Positions 1-7,235 are shown, counted from the stretch's first letter. The stretch: DNA of 36,030 nt from a virus (IMGVR_UViG_3300033696_000004:1-36030), one strand, 5' to 3'. Notes: generated by a model from the letters alone, not told the origin. Numbers and translations are program-made.

Positions 1-91
1 TTTAAAATCAGGGGTTGACAAGATTATAATTAACCCCTATAATTACCAAATCAAGACAACAACGGTTGTTGTCGAAATCGGAGTTTATACC
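1..91 (+). promoter_or_regulatory. Early cassette family A, copy 1: sigma70 promoter + 5' stem-loop + RBS
   Basis: TTGACA-17 bp-TATAAT, hairpin GACAACAA-CGG-TTGTTGTC, GGAG RBS, then ATG at 92; 1-86 is identical to 345-430. Confidence 0.9.
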
Positions 92-256
92 ATGGCTACT
101 ACATCAAACCTTAAAAAGTTTTTAATCACTCTTACAAATTTTGTTGGTTCTCACGACGAATTGAAAGAATTCAGCACAAAAGCTGAAGCGGTAGAATACG
201 CACAATATCAGGCGTATTCATACGGTGCTTATTCGTGGACGGTTGACCAACAATAA
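92..256 (+). CDS. Hypothetical early protein, 54 aa (MATTSNLKKF...)
   Basis: Own translation (below ORF-track cutoff); directly behind cassette RBS, ends just before the next promoter. Confidence 0.8.
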   Translation: MATTSNLKKFLITLTNFVGSHDELKEFSTKAEAVEYAQYQAYSYGAYSWTVDQQ

Positions 257-300
257 TTTAAAAATAGGGGTTGACAATTTAATAGTCAACCCCTACAATG
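257..300 (+). promoter_or_regulatory. Partial family A promoter with no downstream gene
   Basis: TTGACA-17-TACAAT within inverted repeat GGGGTTGAC...GTCAACCCC. Confidence 0.7.
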
Positions 301-344
301 AAACAACGAAGGAAATTCTAAAAGCAAAAGTTTTTAAAATTATC

Positions 345-434
345 TTTAAAATCAGGGGTTGACAAGATTATAATTAACCCCTATAATTACCAAATCAAGA
401 CAACAACGGTTGTTGTCGAAATCGGAGTTTCAAA
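345..434 (+). promoter_or_regulatory. Early cassette family A, copy 2
   Basis: 86-bp exact repeat of 1-86. Confidence 0.9.
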
Positions 435-857
435 ATGTCAGTTCAAATCACTATCGCAAATGTTAACGTTATCACTCGTTCGGCTGCTCGTGTCGCTGTT
501 AAAAAGCTTTTACAACGCGTTGACGTAACAAGCGCAAAAGTTATCGATAATGGTGTAGAATCGGATCAGCGTTGGGTTGTTCAATTTGAATACATTGAAA
601 CCGTGATCGAGCAATTGCAAGCAATCGAACATAAAACCACGGTGATCGATGGCACTTGCGAAATTATCGGAGAATCAAAAACGGTTGAAAATATCGGCTT
701 GCCAGTGTTGACAATGGAACGTAAAACGCTTACAATTCCGTTATCAAGTGGTAACCGTGGTAACCGTGGTAATGTTAAAACTTGTATTATGTCGGATCGT
801 CATGGTCGTAAAAAATCTGTAATTGTTAAGATCAAGCGTAGTAAATTAAATCAATAA
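435..857 (+). CDS. Hypothetical early protein with basic C-terminus resembling the IF2-associated domain
   Basis: ORF behind cassette; LTMERKT...GRKKSVIVKIKRSK. Confidence 0.75.
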   Translation: MSVQITIANVNVITRSAARVAVKKLLQRVDVTSAKVIDNGVESDQRWVVQFEYIETVIEQLQAIEHKTTVIDGTCEIIGESKTVENIGLPVLTMERKTLTIPLSSGNRGNRGNVKTCIMSDRHGRKKSVIVKIKRSKLNQ

Positions 858-861
858 AATT

Positions 862-951
862 ACAATCTAGGGGTTGACACAAAATTGATTAACCCCTATA
901 ATTACCAAATCAAGACAACAATGGTTGTTGTCTAAATCGGAGTTTATAAAA
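862..951 (+). promoter_or_regulatory. Early cassette family A, copy 3
   Basis: TTGACA...TATAAT, GACAACAA hairpin, GGAG. Confidence 0.9.
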
Positions 952-1353
952 ATGGCTAAATCACAATACTTTTCACTTGAAAGCGTTAAACGTTCTATTT
1001 ACAATATCGTAAAACATGCGCCTGAAAATGGCACAAGTCAAAAGCGTGTTTTTGAACTAGTAGACGGTTTTATTAATGACATGAAACCATATCCAAAAAA
1101 CGAACGTGTGATCGCCCGTGCTTATTTTAGCGGAATGTTTGAATTTATGAGCGATCAGGATACGGTTTTCCTTTACAACGTAGACGGTAAACTATACGCA
1201 ACAAAGCAAAACAAAGATCTAGATTTTCCACACTGGGAAACGTTGGACGGTGATGTTAGCGAAATCACAAAAAAGATCGGATCGTTGGGTGGTATGTATT
1301 ACAAAAACGGCAAACCATTTTGTAATCGTGCGGTACAATTAAGCGAAAAATAG
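952..1353 (+). CDS. Hypothetical early protein, 133 aa
   Basis: Start moved from 925 to ATG 952 behind cassette RBS. Confidence 0.8.
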   Translation: MAKSQYFSLESVKRSIYNIVKHAPENGTSQKRVFELVDGFINDMKPYPKNERVIARAYFSGMFEFMSDQDTVFLYNVDGKLYATKQNKDLDFPHWETLDGDVSEITKKIGSLGGMYYKNGKPFCNRAVQLSEK

Positions 1354-1444
1354 TTTAAAATCAGGGGTTGACAAGAAAATGATTAACCCCTATAATTACC
1401 AAATCAAGACAACAACGGTTGTTGTCTAAATCGGAGTTTATGCC
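1354..1444 (+). promoter_or_regulatory. Early cassette family A, copy 4
   Basis: Same promoter/hairpin/RBS repeat. Confidence 0.9.
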
Positions 1445-1693
1445 GTGTACCTAAGATACCTAAGTAATAAAGTTGATTCTCGTTTTGGTTCGATGCGATT
1501 TGATAGTAATACCCTACTTTTAACGTTTTCGGATTACCGTCAAGATAAAACGACAAGCCATAAACGCAAGGTTTACCGCAACAAAAAAGCGGATCTGTAT
1601 TACGTAATTTTCGAAGGTGAAAAGTTTCGAGTAACTAATTCACTTTTACCGCTTGATCTAAGCCACGAAATAACACCACATTGTTTTAATTAA
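1445..1693 (+). CDS. Hypothetical early protein
   Basis: GTG start behind cassette RBS; fills the space between two cassettes. Confidence 0.75.
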   Translation: MYLRYLSNKVDSRFGSMRFDSNTLLLTFSDYRQDKTTSHKRKVYRNKKADLYYVIFEGEKFRVTNSLLPLDLSHEITPHCFN

Positions 1694-1783
1694 TTTAAAA
1701 TTAGGGGTTGACAATAAACAACCCCTGATCAATAATACCACATCAAGACAACAACGGTTGTTGTCTAAATCGGAGTTTATACC
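1694..1783 (+). promoter_or_regulatory. Early cassette family A, copy 5
   Basis: Same repeat, variant spacer and -10. Confidence 0.85.
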
Positions 1784-2299
1784 ATGGCTAAATTTTTCTG
1801 TAATCCTTATTCGTTTGAGTTAAATGGTTTCTTCTTTACTACTTTAGAAGAGTATCAAAACCGTCTAGCTTTTGCTAAAATTTCGCAAAAATCAGTTGAT
1901 TTTGAAAATGAAATTGAATTGATTGACGGCTCAAACATCGAACGTTCTATTTTTGATTTGTCAAGTCAAAACATCGAAAAGTTTTATGAGTTGGTTGAAT
2001 CATTGAGCGAATTAGACGAAAATCAAATCATAGTTTTAGAACATTGTACAAATAATCTAGGTTATGATTTTGATACAATTTTTAATCATATGGATAGCTT
2101 TACAATCTGGACGGATCGCAGCGATTTAGAAGACGATAAACAAGATCACGTGTTTTGTAGTCTAGACATCGAAGAAAATGATCCGATTTATAGCTATTTT
2201 GATGCCTCTCGTTATGTTGAAGATCTGTTATTAAATGACGAAATTATCGAATTAAATGTAAAATTTTATTTTACTAATCCTCATTTTATTTTAAACTAA
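1784..2299 (+). CDS. ardA: ArdA-like antirestriction (DNA mimic) protein
   Basis: Very acidic 171 aa; PY-x4-GFFF-x3-EEY, EIELIDG and C-terminal YFD-x2-Y-x2-DL match proteobacterial ArdA as I recall it. Confidence 0.75.
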   Translation: MAKFFCNPYSFELNGFFFTTLEEYQNRLAFAKISQKSVDFENEIELIDGSNIERSIFDLSSQNIEKFYELVESLSELDENQIIVLEHCTNNLGYDFDTIFNHMDSFTIWTDRSDLEDDKQDHVFCSLDIEENDPIYSYFDASRYVEDLLLNDEIIELNVKFYFTNPHFILN

Positions 2300-2312
2300 A
2301 ATTTAACCAAAT

Positions 2313-2341
2313 AAAAAGCCGTCTAATTAGACGGCTTTTTT
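2313..2341. terminator. Intrinsic (bidirectional) terminator
   Basis: Perfect palindrome AAAAAGCCGTCTAATTAGACGGCTTTTT. Confidence 0.85.
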
Positions 2342-2367
2342 GATCCTGCTATCCTATCATATACTCT

Positions 2368-2553
2368 CTCAAACCGTCCACACGGTACGATCATAACATA
2401 GTTAATCCGATTGTATGCCTTGATCAATTGAACCGCTTAAAATCGTTTATAGACTGATTAAATCATTTTAAAATTAGTTGTTGACGTGGTGATCGTTTTA
2501 CCCCATAATCAACCCCGAAGACAACAATCGTTGTCTATTCTGGAGGTTTTACC
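2368..2553 (+). repeat. Long intergenic repeat copy 1, ending in a variant early cassette
   Basis: Homologous to 3706-3889; 2465-2514 identical to 3801-3850; TTGACG-17-CATAAT, hairpin, GGAGG. Confidence 0.85.
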
Positions 2554-2904
2554 ATGGCTTTATCGTTAATCGATACCCTACGCAACAACCGCAACAAGAA
2601 AGCGGAAATGATCCGTTATATGCGCTCTCAATTCAAACGGGGATCAAGGTATACCCGTTTATACCGTCTAGAATGTGACCATTATGATTTTTTTGAACTT
2701 GCACGTTTAACCCGTCCAACGATCACCGATCTTGAATTCTTAAAAATTGATCTTGAATTAGACTTGCGCACCCGTAACAACTATGATTATAATGATTTAC
2801 CGTGTGGACTTCAGGATCATTATTATGAGGTCGAATGCCAAAAGCGTGAATTTTTAAACGAAGTGATCGAAGCAATCGAACAACTTAAAAATAATTCAAA
2901 ATAA
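2554..2904 (+). CDS. Hypothetical early protein
   Basis: ORF with GGAGG RBS. Confidence 0.8.
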   Translation: MALSLIDTLRNNRNKKAEMIRYMRSQFKRGSRYTRLYRLECDHYDFFELARLTRPTITDLEFLKIDLELDLRTRNNYDYNDLPCGLQDHYYEVECQKREFLNEVIEAIEQLKNNSK

Positions 2905-2984
2905 CGCTTTACATGGGGATCTTGATCCCCTATAATTACCACATCAAGACAACAACGGTTGTTGTCTAAATCGGAGTTTTTAAA
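2905..2984 (+). promoter_or_regulatory. Early cassette family A, copy 6
   Basis: TTTACA-17-TATAAT, spacer hairpin GGGGATC-TT-GATCCCC, GACAACAA hairpin, GGAG. Confidence 0.85.
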
Positions 2985-3641
2985 ATGAAAGTATGTTTAT
3001 TCGCTGATCACAAGTACAATGATAATAATGGCGCATTTACTGTATTCACTTTGTTTGATACAAAAACAAAGCAATTCAGCACCGAAGGCGGTATTTATAG
3101 CGATCTAGCTTTTGATCACTATGAGCCAACGTCGGATCTAGATGTGATTTTTGATGCATCAAATCGATGTAATCCAACGCCACAAAACGGCGTTTATAAT
3201 AAGTACGCAAGCCGCTATCATTATACGGGTTGTATTGTTAGCCTGAAGCGTAGCCGTAAAGCTCCAAATAATACCCCTTTAGAAGTGATCGGGGATCGTG
3301 ATGGTGGTTATAATTCATTTTATAACAATTATCAACCCGATGAAATTTTAGTAAAACTTGACAACGGTGATCAAGTGTGGGTTAGTGCTGGATGCATTAA
3401 CGAAATTTTAAAAGGTGTTTTAGTTTTCCCGTTATGGCACATAACAGAAAACGAATACAAAAACAAGCGTTTTAACTGCAAAAACCGCAAAAATGTCAAT
3501 AATGACAAGCGTTTAACATTTGCTGATAACATTACATTGAACGAAGTTAAAAATGCATTCAGTCACTTGACAGAAGATCAAAAAGCTGATTCGTTAAAAA
3601 TCATGCTTGAACACTTCCCGAAGATCGCAAACCATCTATAA
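2985..3641 (+). CDS. Hypothetical early protein
   Basis: 218-aa ORF behind cassette, followed by terminator. Confidence 0.8.
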   Translation: MKVCLFADHKYNDNNGAFTVFTLFDTKTKQFSTEGGIYSDLAFDHYEPTSDLDVIFDASNRCNPTPQNGVYNKYASRYHYTGCIVSLKRSRKAPNNTPLEVIGDRDGGYNSFYNNYQPDEILVKLDNGDQVWVSAGCINEILKGVLVFPLWHITENEYKNKRFNCKNRKNVNNDKRLTFADNITLNEVKNAFSHLTEDQKADSLKIMLEHFPKIANHL

Positions 3642-3655
3642 TTAACCCCCAAATC

Positions 3656-3683
3656 AAAAACCACCTTATAAGGTGGTTTTTTT
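3656..3683. terminator. Intrinsic terminator
   Basis: Palindrome AAAAACCACCTTATAAGGTGGTTTTT + T run. Confidence 0.85.
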
Positions 3684-3705
3684 GTATCTGCTATTTTTGC
3701 ACGTC

Positions 3706-3889
3706 CTCAAACCGTCCACACGGGGCGATCATAATACGGTTAATATGATTGCATCAATAAATTATAAACCTCTCAAAATCGTTTATAGATTGATTAAACT
3801 ATTTTAAAATTAGTTGTTGACGTGGTGATCGTTTTACCCCATAATCAACCACGAAGACAAGATCCCCTTGTCGTTTTGGAGTTTATCCC
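3706..3889 (+). repeat. Long intergenic repeat copy 2, ending in a variant early cassette
   Basis: Homologous to 2368-2553. Confidence 0.85.
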
Positions 3890-4150
3890 ATGGCTAAAAT
3901 TAAAAACAAGATTGTACACAAAGATTTTAAAATTGAGTTTGACAAGTCGATCAGTCAAGTGTTACGTGCTGAAGTGTTGGAAGTATTCAACCAATACGCT
4001 GATCGAACCGTGATCGCTAGAAAGTCTAAAAGGTGGGCGCATATGACGATTGAGATCGGTCTGAATTATCGAGCGATCAAACGCAACGGATCGGATCGTT
4101 GGTATGTTTGTTCGCATGAATTGTATAATAGATTGATTAACATAAAATAA
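3890..4150 (+). CDS. Small basic protein, possible ParE/RelE-like fold
   Basis: IEIGLNYRAI...W-x3-SHE-x-YN resembles the ParE-like family as I recall it. Confidence 0.55.
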   Translation: MAKIKNKIVHKDFKIEFDKSISQVLRAEVLEVFNQYADRTVIARKSKRWAHMTIEIGLNYRAIKRNGSDRWYVCSHELYNRLINIK

Positions 4151-4163
4151 ATTACATAAGGGG

Positions 4164-4192
4164 TTGACTATGTTGATCCCTTGTTTTATAAT
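4164..4192 (+). promoter_or_regulatory. Sigma70 promoter facing non-coding DNA
   Basis: TTGACT-17-TATAAT. Confidence 0.75.
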
Positions 4193-4512
4193 AGTTGTAT
4201 AGTAGGAACGGAAACCGAAGGGAAACGCAGCACTCCTGGGTGTTATTTGAAAACACGATCAAGATCACAAAACCGATCATAGTTGGAAAATAACCGATCT
4301 TTTTTGTTGATCTAATCCGTGGATCTGTTATTATAACCCCGTAAACAGTTAATCACTGTTTACCCCATAGATCAGCGTTTAAAAGCGGTGATCGGTATCC
4401 CGTAATTTATAGGGATAATAACGGGCGGTTGATTTTTGCTATCATTGAAATTAATGATCGGTAGAATGATAACCGCCCGTTTTTCGTGTTCTTTCAAAAT
4501 TTGGGGTTTATC

Positions 4513-4784
4513 GGATGTTTAGAAGTATAGACGGCTAGAAGTCTGGATGTTTAGAAGTATAGACGGCTAGAAGTCTGGATGTTTAGAAGTATAGACGGCT
4601 AGAAGTCTGGATGTTTAGACGGCTAGAAGTCTGGATGTTTAGACGGCTAGAAGTCTGGATGTTTAGACGGCTAGAAGTCTGGATGTATAGAAGTCTGGAT
4701 GTCTGGATGTATAGAAGTCTGGATGTCTGGATGTATAGACGGCTAGAAGTCTGGATGTTTAGAAGTCTGGATGTCTAGATGGAT
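4513..4784. repeat. Tandem array of 34 octamers matching the MetJ met box (AGACGTCT)
   Basis: Strict 8-bp register: AGAAGTCT x10, AGACGGCT x7, GGATGTTT x7, AGAAGTAT x3, GGATGTAT x3, GGATGTCT x3, AGATGGAT x1. Confidence 0.9.
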
Positions 4785-5299
4785 AAAATAAAATAAATTC
4801 ACATAAATTTAGATTTTAGGATTTCCAGAGAAATTCAGAGAAAAATCAGTGAATAAACCATCATCGAGTATCGTCACTCTCATGGGCTGACTTACACCAA
4901 TGTTTTTGGGTGAGTACCGTCACTTGAAAAATCGAAGGAAATAACGCTTGGTTACACCATCGGAAAAACCTCGAATAAAAAGTCGAGCCATGGGAGTGGA
5001 CACATCACTATAATAATATCCTACTTACACCGATGTATTTTGAAGGGGCTATCATCACACTCATGAAGCTTGGTTACGTGGTCTTATAGAAGCCCACATG
5101 TAGCCTATTATAATAATCTTACTTACAGGGTTATAGAAAGTTGGTTACAGACTTTCACTTATAGTCTCTTATAAATCCGACTTAATTGCTTTAGTTTTCA
5201 AGGACTTATCAACTTTCCAGTGACACGGTTATAGAAAGTCAGTTCGAGACTTTCGATTATCAACTTCCCGAAAATCTGGTTGCGGCTTTTTACTTATGC

Positions 5300-5326
5300 A
5301 AAAAGGGAACCTTTCGGTTCCCTTCT
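5300..5326 (-). terminator. Intrinsic terminator of the endonuclease gene
   Basis: Minus strand GGGAACC-GAAA-GGTTCCC-TTTTT. Confidence 0.85.
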
Positions 5327-6298
5327 TTAGAAAAGTGACAAAATAAAATTTTCATTTTCTTGAATATTTTCACAAGTTTCTGTGTATCCAAATTTGAAAT
5401 TTTTCTTTTCGATTACTTTAGTTTTCAATTTTAATTTAATTTCTTTTTCTAAACTTGGTGGAATTGATCCATCCAAGAAAAATTTTGCTTTTATCGTTTC
5501 TGGAAAATATTTTGTTCCACGTTGCTGTTCTGCAATTCTTTCCAAATAATTTACACGATTTGTAATTCCAAACTTCAAGAAACTATGATTTGTTTCTGGA
5601 TGAACCCAACGAACTAAGTAGAAAATTCCTTGCGTATTCTTTCTATAACCACTGCTCATACAGTTTGGACATCCACGGTTGTCATTCTTAAAACTACTAG
5701 CATTGACTTCATACACGTTACCACAAGATAAATGTTTTAGTTTGACTTTATGTAAAGCACCAGTGTATTCGCTTAACTGTTCGTATCCTCTCTCTACAAC
5801 TATTTTCTCGAACTCAAGTTTAGATTTTTCTTTTTGCATCAAAGATGACACATTCGTCCGAACCTTCTTTACATAAGGTTTAGCTTTAGATACGTAACAC
5901 GCTCGACACCTAGTACCACGGTTCTTAAACCCGTTTGGTCTGACTCCATACACGTTACCACAAGATAAATGTTTTAGTTTGACTTTATCACTCGAACCAG
6001 TGTATTCACTTAATAACTCATACCCTTCGGATATAACCAACTTCTCGAACTCAAGTTTAGATTTTTCTTTTTGTAATACGGATGATACGTTAGAACGTAT
6101 TAAACACTTTGAACACCTAATACCACGGTTCTTAAATTGGTCTGCTCTGACATCAAATACATTACCACACGATAAATGTTTTAACTTTATCTTATGTAAA
6201 GCACCATTGTATTCACTTAATAACTCATACCCTTCAGCTTTAGCCAACTCATTGAATTCTTTCGACGCTTGTTCTTTACTGTTACTATGTTTATTCAT
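5327..6298 (-). CDS. Putative free-standing homing endonuclease: three Zn-finger repeats + C-terminal GIY-YIG-like (T5orf172-type) domain
   Basis: 3x GYELLSEY..KLKHLSCGNV..RCxxC; GIFYLV..FLKFGITN..R; start moved to ATG 6298 behind AGGT RBS. Confidence 0.75.
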   Translation of the reverse strand: MNKHSNSKEQASKEFNELAKAEGYELLSEYNGALHKIKLKHLSCGNVFDVRADQFKNRGIRCSKCLIRSNVSSVLQKEKSKLEFEKLVISEGYELLSEYTGSSDKVKLKHLSCGNVYGVRPNGFKNRGTRCRACYVSKAKPYVKKVRTNVSSLMQKEKSKLEFEKIVVERGYEQLSEYTGALHKVKLKHLSCGNVYEVNASSFKNDNRGCPNCMSSGYRKNTQGIFYLVRWVHPETNHSFLKFGITNRVNYLERIAEQQRGTKYFPETIKAKFFLDGSIPPSLEKEIKLKLKTKVIEKKNFKFGYTETCENIQENENFILSLF

Positions 6299-6396
6299 AT
6301 TATACCTGCCAAGGTTTTGATTGATAATAGAGATGACCACTAAGTAGTCACCAATGATACCTTGGCAAGTAAATCATCTCTATTATCAATTTAATG

Positions 6397-6404
6397 TATT
6401 TATA
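6397..6404 (-). promoter_or_regulatory. T4-type late promoter
   Basis: TATAAATA on minus strand upstream of the endonuclease. Confidence 0.7.
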
Positions 6405-6464
6405 TATTGACATCACAAATCATTATGATATGATTATACCATCTTAAACAAGGAGAATAAACAA

Positions 6465-6674
6465 ATGAATGAATTTAACATTGGCGATTTGGTTGCGTTG
6501 AAAGCACACCGTGAATTCGAAGCGGTTGTAATCGAATCCAACTTTGAACGTGTGAATGTCCTTCACACAAAAACAGCTAAGGTTGTTGAAGATTTACCAA
6601 ACAGCGTACTTGAATTAGTAACGCCAGTCCAATACATTGACAATCCACCAGAACCATCTATTCGTATGATGTAA
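6465..6674 (+). CDS. Hypothetical protein, SH3/KOW-like (FNIGDLV)
   Basis: AGGAG RBS. Confidence 0.75.
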   Translation: MNEFNIGDLVALKAHREFEAVVIESNFERVNVLHTKTAKVVEDLPNSVLELVTPVQYIDNPPEPSIRMM

Positions 6675-6731
6675 TCATCCAAATTGATTATGATACCATA
6701 ACCATATCTTAAACGAGGAGAATAAACAAAA

Positions 6732-7235
6732 ATGAAAATTACCAAATTGCAGCTACAAAAACTAAATGCTTGCAAAGATGGATTAAACCGTTTCATTACA
6801 CAAACAAATAATACCGATCAACCTGTATCCATTGTATCATTAATTGGTGGTGAAAATACTATTAGTGATCTACTTTGGTTATATTCTGAGATTTACGATA
6901 CAAAAGATATTATTAATTTCTCTTGTAAATGCGCTTTGATTAATATCGAGTTAATTAAACCATATACCGATAAGTACGATCTCATTGTTGATTTCTTGAA
7001 TAATCCAGTTGATGCTTCTCGTGTTGATGCTGCTCGTACTGCTACTTATGCTGCGTATATTGCTGCTTATAATGCTGCCGATTGTGATACTTATGCTACT
7101 TATGCTGCGATTGCTGCGATTACTTATATTGATGCTGGTGATGATGCCGATTACATTGCGTTTTATACGGTACTTGCTAATCCAGAATCAAAACCCGTGG
7201 TTGAACAATACTTAAAAGAATTATTCACGAAATAG
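6732..7235 (+). CDS. Hypothetical protein, MKITK paralog 1 with Ala/Tyr-rich variable segment
   Basis: Paralog of 7298 and 9841. Confidence 0.85.
   Translation: MKITKLQLQKLNACKDGLNRFITQTNNTDQPVSIVSLIGGENTISDLLWLYSEIYDTKDIINFSCKCALINIELIKPYTDKYDLIVDFLNNPVDASRVDAARTATYAAYIAAYNAADCDTYATYAAIAAITYIDAGDDADYIAFYTVLANPESKPVVEQYLKELFTK

Noticed and set aside
2329..2336. Isolated met box AGACGGCT
   Set aside because: Part of a terminator stem and not in tandem 8-bp register
1..3889. Integron or CRISPR-like array
   Set aside because: Repeats are promoter/RBS units; no attC structure, integrase or cas gene in the window
4513..4784. CRISPR array or coding repeat
   Set aside because: No unique spacers, no cas genes, pure 8-bp periodicity with frequent TAG stops and no ORF
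4513..4784. CsrB-like RNA sponge because of repeated GGATG
   Set aside because: Context is CTGGA rather than ANGGA, there are no hairpins presenting GGA, and the whole octamer fits the met box better
4905..5235. matS (MatP) or SlmA sites
   Set aside because: Only half-site or imperfect matches (GTGAGTACCGTCAC, GTGACACGGTTAT); none fits the full palindrome
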